Assembly (NCBI GenBank): GCA_963730535.1
Contig: CAVSRU010000010.1
Coordinates: forward strand, 6,142 to 70,141
Origin: an uncultured Solirubrobacteraceae bacterium
Lineage (GTDB): Bacteria; Actinomycetota; Thermoleophilia; Solirubrobacterales; Solirubrobacteraceae
Length of the DNA stretch: 64,000 bases
Direction: 5' to 3'
Part shown: piece by piece, positions 54,027-62,997 of the stretch
How the letters are laid out: each line of letters begins with the position of its first letter
Position numbering within the stretch: position 1 is the stretch's first letter
Made by a program: the position numbers and the translations under genes
The notes under the pieces: generated by a model
What the model saw: the letters and a program-made list of their open reading frames with translations, nothing else
Database searches by the model: none
What the model was told of the DNA's origin: nothing

Positions 54027-55319
54027 CTACATGGGGTAGAGCCAGATCTTCTTGCTCGACACGCGCTTGTTGCCGGCGGCGTCGATCACCGTCAGCGTCG
54101 CGGCCACCTTGAGCTTGCGGGCCTTGGCCAGCTGCTTCTTGGCCGCCGTGGAGAGCTTCAGCGTGATGTAGCGGCTGTCCCCACCGGCGATCTTCCCGCT
54201 CTTGCTGGCGACCGTCTTGCGGCCCGACTTGAACACCAGCGCCGCACGGCAGAACAGCTCGTCATCCGGGCAGGTCAGGAGGATCTTGACCTTGCCACGC
54301 CGGTTCACGTCCGCGTCCCGCGGCAGGCCGAGCCTCGGCTTCTTCGTATCCCCGCTCGGCGGCGTGTTGTTCCCTCCGCTGGCGGGCGGGGCTGGCGATG
54401 GTGAAGTCGACGGTGGCCGTGGTCAGTCGCGGCGACACGCCGGGGCTGGCTGCGTTGAAGGTGGCGCGGTACTTGAAGAAACGCGCCGGCTGGATCGCGC
54501 CCGTGCTGAACGGGGTCCAGTTCGACGTTGTCGCTGCTCGTGCTCGTCTCGTAGGTGATCCCGCTCGCGGACGTCGCCGAGAAGTTGATGCCCGTCACCG
54601 CAGCGCTGCCGGCATCGAAGACCTTGGAGGTGAAGGTCCCCGTGAGACTTGTCGTGGACTGAGATCGATTCGAGCCGCAGCGGCACGCCGGGGCTCAGGT
54701 CGCTCGCCTGCGCGAACAGCGGGTCCGTGAACGGGTCCGTGTGCGTCGCGACCTGGTTGCCGTCAACGTAGAACTTGAAGCCCTGCGCCGTTCGATCGAT
54801 TCGGAAGTCGTGCGCAATGTTGGGGTCGGCGGTGAGGTCCACTACCTGGTCGGCGCCCCCGTTCTGCATGCGCGCCGAGAGGACGGTGCTGCCCTCCTTG
54901 CGGCTGAAGATCGCCCAGCGGCCGTTCTCGAATCCGCTGGCAAATCCGACGTGCTGGTTGTCCTGGGCGCCGAGGATGCCGCGGAACTTGATGGAAGTAC
55001 CGACCCCGGCGGCCGCGCCGCTGTTGAACAGCGCCTCGTTCAGCAGGAGGCTGCCAGCGTCGGCGCGGGAGGCTTCAGTGGCAACCGGCCATGGCGTCAG
55101 CGATGACGTCGGCAGCTGATCGAATGCGTCGATGAACGCCGGAGCGATCTCGACACCTCCCGCGATTACCGCGGTCGTGTCGTGCTGGGGCGAACCCGAC
55201 ACGAAGTCGTCCTGCTGGGAAGCCGCCTGAGCGGTTCCTGCGGCTCCGAATGCGCCGGCAATCAGCGCCGCCGCCACGGTCCGTCGTACTGATGCCGTAC
55301 GCAACGTAACCCTCCTCAT
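54027..55319 (-). pseudogene. secreted lectin-like (concanavalin/LamG-type) protein with the shared C-terminal Cys-pair module, interrupted by three +1 frameshifts
   Basis: ATG 55319 gives signal peptide MRRVTLRTASVRRTVAAALIAGAFGAAGTAQAA. The coding (high-GC3) frame moves a -> a+1 near 54650-54665, a+1 -> a+2 near 54520, and a+2 -> a near 54380-54395. The final 93 codons are listed as a separate ORF (54027..54308). Confidence 0.7.
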
Positions 55320-55348
55320 CCTTCTGTTGCTGGTCCCGGCGTGGGGGC

Positions 55349-57742
55349 TCATCGGCCCACCAGCCGGATCGTCTTCCGGGTGACCGCCCGCTGACCCGCG
55401 TTCCGTGACACCGCGACTGCGGTGACCCGGAGGGTGCGCTTGCCCGCCAGTGAGGCGCGGGCGTTTCTGGTCAGGGTGAGTTCGATCACTCGGCGCTTGC
55501 CGCCTTTCACAAGGAACGTCCGAGCGGCCACGATCTTCCGACGCGCCTTCAGCTTCAGGTTCACGCGGCACTTGCTCTCGGTGTTCGGGCAGCGGACGCG
55601 AAGCCGGACGGTCCCGTTCTTCGTGATCCGCACGCGCTTGGGCGTGATCTTCACCTTCGGCCCCGTGTGCACGAGCGTGCCGACCGTGAACGTACGCTCG
55701 GCCGGCGTCGGGTCGACCTTCCCGGTCGGGTCGATCGCCCGGACGCGGAACGTGTGCGTGCCCATGGACAGGCCGCGGTTCTCGCGCGGGGTGCTGCACG
55801 CCGTGAAGGAGCTCCCGTCCATCCGGCACTGGAACGTCGCGCCGGCCGCGTCGCTCACGAAGGAGAGTCGTGCGGTCGTCCCGCTCACCGACACGCCGGT
55901 GATCGCCGTGTCGGGCATCGGATCGCCGTAGGTCGCGATGTAATTGCCGCCCGCGGCGGGGAAGCGCACGTAGTCCATGCCCTTGACCCGCTGTGGCGAG
56001 CCGACGACGCCGACGCCGTCGCGAGAGAGGCCCGACAGCGGCCCAGCGGCGGTAGCCGCAGGCACCATGCCCTGCAGTCCGCGAGAGCGGCCGTCGGCGG
56101 CGACGGTGAACCGCATGCGCTGGTTGCTGTAGCTGACGTTCTGGAAGGACGAGCCGTTGCGCCCGTCGAGCCAGTCGAGCATCTGCGCCGCCGACACGAC
56201 CGGCACGCCTCGGAACTTCGCCTCGGCGACGATGGCGTCGGCGCCCGGGTGCGAGGAGGAGTCGGTATGCATGTTGGCGGTGAAGACGCCGTAGTAGCCG
56301 TTGCCGCCGAGAGCGCCCTCGATCAGGTCCCTGATGTGCACATCGAGGTCCTGGCCGGACTCGTCGGTCAGCTGCGTCGTCGCCTGGTAGACGTCGATCA
56401 GCGACCCGTCGAGATCAGCGAATCGCTGCGGGAAGCCGGCGCCGGTGAACAGCCCGGGACGGTTCCCGATCCAAGACTCAGGGAAGTAGTAGTAGTTCGT
56501 GTCGAGCCGAACCCCGTGCGCGAGTTCCGCTCGAGGATTGCTCGCCCAGTCGCTCCACGTGATGCAGTGGTTCCGGTTCGTCCGGGGTCGAGCGGACGCC
56601 CGGGTACGTTGGCGAGGAACGCGGCGAGCTGGGTGTTCCACATGCCGTTGAGCTGGGCCAGGGATGTGTAGTCCGCGCAGCTGCTGGAATTGGTGTTCGG
56701 ATACGCCGCGTTGAGGTGCAGCGCGACCTCGAATCCCTGCGTTCTGGTACCCGACGGCGTTCGACAAGCCCGTCGTCGGCCACAGGTAGGAGGTCGACCG
56801 GATGCACTGCCAGTCGGCCACCGAGCAGCCGGCGGGGCTCGCGGCCTTGAAGGTGTCGAACTGGCCCGCCGTGCCCTGGCCGTTGTGATCGTCGCCCGTC
56901 ATGACGACGGCCGCCTTGTAGCCGTGGGGCAGGTACCAGAACCGCGGCAGCGGCGTCCGGTCCATGTTCATCTGGATGACGAGGTTCGCGAGCAGGCGCT
57001 GCTGCTCGTCCGCCTGCGGGATCGCGACCTTGTCCAAGTTGACCCAGTCAGGCTGGCCGCGGCCCTCGAAGAAATCGTGGGATCGTCGTGGCGTCGCTGC
57101 GGCCCGGCCGACCCAGGCGGGGTTGCCTTGCCGCGTGTAGATGACGGAGCGCGCGAGGTCGTAGGTGAACGCCGCGACCTGCCCGCCGGCTGCACCGACG
57201 CTCTGCAGCGTGACCGCCGCGCCGACTGCACCGCTGCTCACGCCGCCATGCAAGCTGGCGATCTGTTGCGCGCCGGCGAGCCCCCTGATATCGGCGACGT
57301 CGTGGTACTGCATCGACTGGCTGGTGAGTCCGGCGCCGGGAGCCGACGTGGTGTTGATCTGGATGTAGCCGTTGGCCACGTCGCCGGCGTCGCCGCCGAG
57401 CCCGGCGAGCCCGGCGAGCTCGTTGCCCGGCCGCATCGCGATCAGGTTTCCGCCCGCGTTGACCCAGTTGGAGAGCGCACCCACCTGCCCGCCGTTGAGC
57501 GACGCGGGCGCGAGCACGACCACCTGGTATGAGCTCAGCAGTCCGGCGCTGAGCGAGCCGACGTTCGCGACCGCGAACTCGTTCAGGCCCTCGGATCGGA
57601 GTATCTCGGCGTAGTAGTCGCTGAACTTGTCGTTGGTGACGACGAGTACCGGCCCGCCGGACTGGGCCGATGCGGCCGGAGCCCATAGGGCGCCGGCGGC
57701 GAGTAGCGCCGCGAATGTGCGGCGAAAGGTCCTACCCAACAT
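55349..57742 (-). CDS. secreted multidomain hypothetical protein (Ig-like domain plus the shared C-terminal Cys-pair module) with an internal compensated frameshift pair
   Basis: ATG 57742 with GAGGAG upstream; signal peptide MLGRTFRRTFAALLAAGALWAPAASAQ. The ORF stays open throughout. Between about 56590 and 56734 the protein-like, high-GC3 reading (GFEVALHLNAAYPNTNSSSCADYTSLAQLNGMWNTQLAAFLAN) is in the +1 frame, while the nominal frame there is Arg-rich with low GC3. Confidence 0.75.
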   Translation of the reverse strand: MLGRTFRRTFAALLAAGALWAPAASAQSGGPVLVVTNDKFSDYYAEILRSEGLNEFAVANVGSLSAGLLSSYQVVVLAPASLNGGQVGALSNWVNAGGNLIAMRPGNELAGLAGLGGDAGDVANGYIQINTTSAPGAGLTSQSMQYHDVADIRGLAGAQQIASLHGGVSSGAVGAAVTLQSVGAAGGQVAAFTYDLARSVIYTRQGNPAWVGRAAATPRRSHDFFEGRGQPDWVNLDKVAIPQADEQQRLLANLVIQMNMDRTPLPRFWYLPHGYKAAVVMTGDDHNGQGTAGQFDTFKAASPAGCSVADWQCIRSTSYLWPTTGLSNAVGYQNAGIRGRAAPQRGVSEHQFQQLRGLHIPGPAQRHVEHPARRVPRQRTRASARPRTNRNHCITWSDWASNPRAELAHGVRLDTNYYYFPESWIGNRPGLFTGAGFPQRFADLDGSLIDVYQATTQLTDESGQDLDVHIRDLIEGALGGNGYYGVFTANMHTDSSSHPGADAIVAEAKFRGVPVVSAAQMLDWLDGRNGSSFQNVSYSNQRMRFTVAADGRSRGLQGMVPAATAAGPLSGLSRDGVGVVGSPQRVKGMDYVRFPAAGGNYIATYGDPMPDTAITGVSVSGTTARLSFVSDAAGATFQCRMDGSSFTACSTPRENRGLSMGTHTFRVRAIDPTGKVDPTPAERTFTVGTLVHTGPKVKITPKRVRITKNGTVRLRVRCPNTESKCRVNLKLKARRKIVAARTFLVKGGKRRVIELTLTRNARASLAGKRTLRVTAVAVSRNAGQRAVTRKTIRLVGR

Positions 57743-57771
57743 GTCACTCCTCGTTGACGTGTCCTTCACCG

Positions 57772-59979
57772 TCAGCGCCCCCTCGACGCTTCCAGCCGAA
57801 CTGGTGTCCTGGTCACGGTGCGGTGGCCGGCGGCGTCGCGAACCGACGCCACGGCGGTAACTCGAAGCGCGCCCTTTCGCGCCAGCTTGCGGCGCGCGGA
57901 GCGGCTCACGAAGAGACGGACGGGTCGCGGCCCGCCCTGGCTGATCACGACGCGCCGTTCGGCGACCACGCGACCGTTGCGGCGCAGCGACAGCCGCACC
58001 TTGCACGCGGTCTGGCCGCCCGAGCACGAGATCCGGAGCGTGACCATGCCTGCGCGCGACACGCGCGCACGGCGCTTGGTGATGATGGCTCTCGGCTTGG
58101 TCGCGGGCTTGACTCCGCCGGAAGCGGGCGTCCCGCCAGTGCCACCGGAGCCGCCGCCAGGCGGGCCATCGCACAGCGCCGGCGTTGGGCTCCGGCCCTC
58201 GAGGTTGCCGCTGTCGTCGACGGCGCGGCTACGAAGGTTCGTGGTAGCCGAGGAGGGATAGCTCCAGGACTCGCGTCCGATGGCCGGGTGCCAGGCGGCG
58301 CCGCCGTTCGTCGAGACCTCGACGCCGCCGACTCGGCCCCCGCCACTGTCGGCCGCCGTGCCGCGGATGGTGCCTCCGCTCGCCGACGTGATCTGAGACG
58401 TCGGCGCGGTGGCGTCGCTGCTGCAGGACGGGCGGACGAGGTTGCTCTGGGGCGTCGCCGCTTGCGCGCCCATGTCCGCGAAGAGGTTCGCGGTCGCCTG
58501 CTGCATGCGGGCGTCCTCGGGCTCGTTGCCACGTTCGTGGTTCGAGTCGAGTCCCCACGACCACTGCACCGTGCCGGCGCCGAAGACGCGCGCACCGCTC
58601 GGCACCCGGTAGAGGGTCATGTTGTGGACGGCGGTCCCGCTCCCGAAGTTCGAGCCGTAGTCGGTCAGGACCGGGGCGTTCTGCCGGGTGGTGGACGACA
58701 GGCGGAACGAGCCGGCGGGACGGTGGGGGTTGTCGACGTCCTCGTCCCACTCGTAGCCGAGCGTCCCGAACGGCAGCACGGCTCCAACGTCACCGACGTT
58801 CGTATGGCGCCAGAACCGCAGCTTGCCGTCGGCGGCGGGCACCTCGATGCTTCCGGTGGCGCCGTCGTTGACCATGAATAGTTGCCCGGTCAGCGCGTTC
58901 TCCGGCCGCCCGCCGTCGGCCGGCGGGCTGAACCGCGGGTCGCGCCAGGTACCGGTCCACACGCCGCCGAGCGGGTCGATCTTCGCGTTGGCGTGCGTCT
59001 CCTTGTAGGAGACGAGCGTGCGGTGGTTCTTCTCCCAGCGCGTCTTCCAGAAGACCTCGTTGCCGCTGAAGAACGCCATGTGGACGCCCGCCGCCCGCGC
59101 CGCCTCCCAGTTGGCGCGCTGGCCGCCGGACCAGTACTCGTCGTGCCCGACCGAGAGCAGCGCCCGGTGCTCGAGCAGCTCGGCCCCGAGGCGGTCGCTG
59201 TCGACGCCGGTGAAGTAGGAGACGTCGTAGCCGTTGCGCTCGAGCCACCGGACCATCGGGTACTCGGCGTTGAAGACCGAGTCCTCGGACGCGGTGCCGC
59301 GCACCGTGATCGGGCGGTCATAGGAGACCTTGTAGGCGCGGCCGGCGGGCGAGCCGGTGTAGAGCGAGTTGCCGCCGTACTCGTTGTAGGCCTGCCAGGT
59401 CGTGTCCGAGGTCTGGAACAGCAGGTCCGAGCGCCCGTCGTCGTCGCGGACGACGAAGAAGACGTGGCTCTCGCCGCCATCGCTGTCCACGAGGTGAGCG
59501 AAGTAGATGCCGGAGACCGCGGTCGCAGGGACGTTCCAGGACGCCGAGATGCTCCAGCTCGAGCACTCGACGAGTCCCGACGACGAGTCCGTCGTCGGGC
59601 ACGTCGGTTGGTTGACCCCCGCCGTGGACGGGAAGGCAGCGACCTTCCGCGCGCCGGCGCCGCCGTAGTAGCCCATCCGGTAGATGTCGAACCGGAAGCT
59701 CGCTGCCGTCGTATCGACCTTGAAGTCAACCCTCTGGCTCTGGTTGACGCTTATGTCAGTCGCGAAGCCCTGGATCGACGGGCTGCCGCCGCCTGGGACG
59801 TCCCAGATGAGCGGCGAGGTGCCGGGTAGGCAGTTCTCAGCGACGATCTCGTTCGGCGGCGCCGCGCACGGGTCAGCGGCGACGCTCGGCGCCGTGCCCG
59901 TGGTGATAGCCATCCCAACAAGTGCGGCGAGTACCGCGGCCTGGAGCCGCCGGCGCCTCGTCGCCAAAGCTGCTCGCAC
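57772..59979 (-). CDS. secreted N,N-dimethylformamidase beta-subunit-like domain protein with the shared C-terminal Cys-pair module
   Basis: 735-aa ORF. Signal peptide ..MAITTGTAPSVAADP. ..FDIYRMGYYGG.., ..WQAYNEYGG.., ..GHDEYWS.. and ..GYEWDE.. regions are typical of this family. Confidence 0.8.
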   Translation of the reverse strand: MRAALATRRRRLQAAVLAALVGMAITTGTAPSVAADPCAAPPNEIVAENCLPGTSPLIWDVPGGGSPSIQGFATDISVNQSQRVDFKVDTTAASFRFDIYRMGYYGGAGARKVAAFPSTAGVNQPTCPTTDSSSGLVECSSWSISASWNVPATAVSGIYFAHLVDSDGGESHVFFVVRDDDGRSDLLFQTSDTTWQAYNEYGGNSLYTGSPAGRAYKVSYDRPITVRGTASEDSVFNAEYPMVRWLERNGYDVSYFTGVDSDRLGAELLEHRALLSVGHDEYWSGGQRANWEAARAAGVHMAFFSGNEVFWKTRWEKNHRTLVSYKETHANAKIDPLGGVWTGTWRDPRFSPPADGGRPENALTGQLFMVNDGATGSIEVPAADGKLRFWRHTNVGDVGAVLPFGTLGYEWDEDVDNPHRPAGSFRLSSTTRQNAPVLTDYGSNFGSGTAVHNMTLYRVPSGARVFGAGTVQWSWGLDSNHERGNEPEDARMQQATANLFADMGAQAATPQSNLVRPSCSSDATAPTSQITSASGGTIRGTAADSGGGRVGGVEVSTNGGAAWHPAIGRESWSYPSSATTNLRSRAVDDSGNLEGRSPTPALCDGPPGGGSGGTGGTPASGGVKPATKPRAIITKRRARVSRAGMVTLRISCSGGQTACKVRLSLRRNGRVVAERRVVISQGGPRPVRLFVSRSARRKLARKGALRVTAVASVRDAAGHRTVTRTPVRLEASRGR

Positions 59980-60371
59980 GTCGTCGACCTCCTAGAAGTC
60001 GATCGGGGGTTACACGAGCAACGGGAGCGGAGGCCCATCTCGCACGCGGCCTTGCGAAAGAGCTCTCGCTAGGTCACTGATGTGACCTCGGCCGGGGCGC
60101 CGTCGGGCGTACCGCTAGCTGAAGCGGCGGCGATGGGGGCGCCAGCGGCGCATGGCCGTCTCGCCGCGCCGGCGGGCGCCGTTGGCGGCGAGCTGGGCTC
60201 GGGCGAGCAGGAAGCGTCGGCGGGTGTCGTCGAGGTCTCGGGAACGTGTGTCTGGTTGGGTCACGTTGGTCACCGTGACGCATTAACGCGCGGTCTCGGG
60301 TGATGGCGCGGTGCAAGCCCCGCCGTTTGGGGGGGACCGGCACAATTCTGCCCGTGCAGAACGTCCGGGAC

Positions 60372-62267
60372 ATGGCGGCGCCGACGCGTGAGGCGTTCGC
60401 GTCCTTCGCCGAGCTCGCCGGCGGCGACCACGTGTTCCAGGTCAGGCTGGCCCGGCACTTCGCCGACTTCTACGAGCCGCTGGCGCGGCTCTACGGCGAG
60501 GACGCGCGGCTCGAGGCTGTGGCCGCGACGATGGCGGAGGCGTACGCGGCGCGCGAGGAACGCCTGAGGCAGCTCGACTACGAGCGGGAGATCACCCCGG
60601 ACTGGTTCCAGCGCCAGAGCCAGGCGGGCTACATCGCTTACGCCGATCGCTTCGCCGGCACGCTCGCCGGCGTGCGCGAGCGGCTGCCGTATATCCGCGA
60701 GCTCGGCCTCAGCTACCTGCACCTCATGCCGCTCCTGCGGTCCCGGCCCGGGGAGAGCGACGGCGGCTACGCGGTGGCCGACTACCGCGCCGTCGAGCCC
60801 GCCCTCGGCACTATGGACGACCTGCGCGGGCTTTCCGCGGCGCTGCACGACGAGGGCATGAGCCTGTGCATCGACCTCGTGATCAACCACACGGCGCGCG
60901 AGCACGACTGGGCGCAACGGGCGACCGCGGGCGACGCCACATTCCGCGACTTCTACCTCACCTATCCCGATCGCACGAAGCCCGACGCCTTCGAGCGGAC
61001 GCTCCCGCTGGTGTTCCCGGACTTCAAGCCGTCGAACTTCACGTGGTCCGAGGAGCTCGGGCGCTGGGTCTGGACCACGTTCAACGAGTGGCAGTGGGAC
61101 CTCGACTACGCGAACCCCGCCGTCTTCGCGGCGATGCTCGAGAACCTGCTCTTCCTGGCCAACGCCGGCGTCGACGTACTGCGGCTCGACGCCGTGCCGT
61201 TCATGTGGAAGCGGCTGGGGACGAACTGCCAGAACCAGCCGGAGGTGCACGAGCTGCTCCAGGCGTACCGGGCGATCGTGCGGGTGGTGGCGCCCGCGAT
61301 GGCCTTCAAGGCGGAGGCGATCGTCTCTCCTCACGACCTCGTCGGCTACCTCGGGATGGGCCGGCACGCCGGCCGCGAGTGCGACCTCGCGTACCACAAC
61401 TCGCTGATGGTGCTGCTGTGGAGCACGCTCGCCACCCGGCGCGTCGACCTCATGACGAGCACGCTGCGCGCGATGCCCGTCGCGCCCACCGGCTCCACCT
61501 GGATCACCTACGTGCGCTGCCACGACGACATCGGCTGGGCGATCACCGAGGACAACGCGGCCGCCGCCGGGGAGGACGCTCACGAGCACCGCAAGTTCCT
61601 CGTCCGCTACTACCAGGGCCACTTCTGGGAGTCGTTCGCGCGCGGCGCGGTGTTCCAGCCCGAGTTCAACGGGGAGGGGCGGACGAGCGGGACCGCGGCG
61701 TCGCTGGCAGGGCTGGAGGCGGCGCTGGCGGCGGGCGACGAGCAGGCGATCGACCTCGCCGTGCGCCGGATCCTGCTGCTGTACGGCGTGGCGTTCTCCT
61801 ATGGCGGCATCCCGCTCGTGTACATGGGCGACGAGATCGGGCTGCTCAACGACTACGGGCATCGCGACGACCCGGAGCGGGCGGCGGACAACCGCTGGCT
61901 GCACCGCCCGTGGATGGACTGGCAGGCAGCCGAGCGCCGGCAGGAGCCGGGCAGCGTCGAGGCGCGGCTGTTCGAAGGGCTGCGCGCGATGGCGGGCGCG
62001 CGGCGCGCCTGCGTGGCGCTGCACGGCGCGGGGAGCGTGGAGCCGCTGCGCACCGGCAACCCGCACGTGTTCGGCTACCGCCGCGATCACCTGGGGACGA
62101 CGTTCCTCGCGCTCGCGAACTTCTCCGAGCACGAGCAGCCGGTCGCCGCCGTCCAGCACGGGCTGCGGATCGACGACGGCCTGCTCGTCTCGCCCGGCCG
62201 CCCGCCGCGGAGGGCGGGCGACCAGGCGATCCTCGAGCCGTACGGCTTCGTCTGGCTCGACTACTAG
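60372..62267 (+). CDS. GH13 alpha-amylase family enzyme, amylosucrase-like
   Basis: ATG 60372. GH13 conserved regions DLVINHTA, GVDVLRLDAVPFMWK, FKAEAIV and VRCHDDIGW. N-terminal helical domain as in amylosucrases. Confidence 0.85.
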   Translation: MAAPTREAFASFAELAGGDHVFQVRLARHFADFYEPLARLYGEDARLEAVAATMAEAYAAREERLRQLDYEREITPDWFQRQSQAGYIAYADRFAGTLAGVRERLPYIRELGLSYLHLMPLLRSRPGESDGGYAVADYRAVEPALGTMDDLRGLSAALHDEGMSLCIDLVINHTAREHDWAQRATAGDATFRDFYLTYPDRTKPDAFERTLPLVFPDFKPSNFTWSEELGRWVWTTFNEWQWDLDYANPAVFAAMLENLLFLANAGVDVLRLDAVPFMWKRLGTNCQNQPEVHELLQAYRAIVRVVAPAMAFKAEAIVSPHDLVGYLGMGRHAGRECDLAYHNSLMVLLWSTLATRRVDLMTSTLRAMPVAPTGSTWITYVRCHDDIGWAITEDNAAAAGEDAHEHRKFLVRYYQGHFWESFARGAVFQPEFNGEGRTSGTAASLAGLEAALAAGDEQAIDLAVRRILLLYGVAFSYGGIPLVYMGDEIGLLNDYGHRDDPERAADNRWLHRPWMDWQAAERRQEPGSVEARLFEGLRAMAGARRACVALHGAGSVEPLRTGNPHVFGYRRDHLGTTFLALANFSEHEQPVAAVQHGLRIDDGLLVSPGRPPRRAGDQAILEPYGFVWLDY

Positions 62268-62899
62268 GGCCGGCCCGGGTGCTCCTCGACGGAGGTCACC
62301 TTGAAGGCGCGGTCGACCTTCACCTCGACCTCGGTGCCGTCGGGCTTGCGGACGTGGGCCTCGTAGACCCCGCCGCGGTCGGTCTCCACCCGCAGGACGG
62401 TGCCGCCGCTGACGCGGGCGAGCGCTGCCGCCTTGACCTTGTCGGCGGTGGCGCCGGTCAGGGCGCGCTCGCCGGGACCGCCCGGTCCGTGGTGGCGGCC
62501 ATCCGGGCCGCCGCGACCGGCCTCGACGGCCGTGACCTCGAACGCCCGGTTGACCTTGACCTCGACGATCGTGCCGTCGGCCTTGCGGATGTGCGCCTCG
62601 TACACGCCGCCCGCGTCGGTCTCCACGCGCAGGACCGTGCCGGCGACCCGCTCCAGGGCGGCCGCCTTGACCTTCTCGGCGGTGTCGCCCGTCAGCGCGG
62701 TCTCGCCGCGACCGGGGCCGCGGTCGCCCGGGCCACGGTCGCCTGGACCGTGATCCCCGGGGCCGTAGCCGGCGGGGGCGGCTGACCCCGTCGTCTGGGT
62801 GCTGCGGTCTCCGGCGGCGCCGGCGATCGCCGTCCCGCCGATCGCAGCCGCGCCGACGGCGGCGGCCACTGTGAGTCCCTGCTTGAGCTTGGATGACAC
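62264..62899 (-). CDS. secreted protein with two tandem PepSY domains
   Basis: GTG 62899 with AGGAGA upstream and a signal/anchor ..GLTVAAAVGAAAIGGTAIAGAAG. A GPGD(H/R) repeat linker. Two copies of about 75 aa: ALTG.TA.KVKAAAL.RV.G.VLRVETD.GGVYEAH.RK.DGT.VEVKV.RAF.VT.VE. Confidence 0.8.
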   Translation of the reverse strand: MSSKLKQGLTVAAAVGAAAIGGTAIAGAAGDRSTQTTGSAAPAGYGPGDHGPGDRGPGDRGPGRGETALTGDTAEKVKAAALERVAGTVLRVETDAGGVYEAHIRKADGTIVEVKVNRAFEVTAVEAGRGGPDGRHHGPGGPGERALTGATADKVKAAALARVSGGTVLRVETDRGGVYEAHVRKPDGTEVEVKVDRAFKVTSVEEHPGRP

Positions 62900-62997
62900 G
62901 AGTCTCCTATCGGTGGTTTCGAAGCGAGTCTCGGAGCGCCGCCTGGGGCGGCCGTCGGAGAACGCTGAGGATCTCCTGAGACCGCCCCCGGCGCGGC

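Noticed and set aside
57731-57740. CCTACCCAAC, resembling the CCTACCCAGC core of the element terminal repeat (possible fifth copy)
   Set aside because: There is no adjacent GTTGACG and no inverted partner nearby. It lies in the 29-nt spacer/start region between two coupled genes, so this is a chance 9/10 match.
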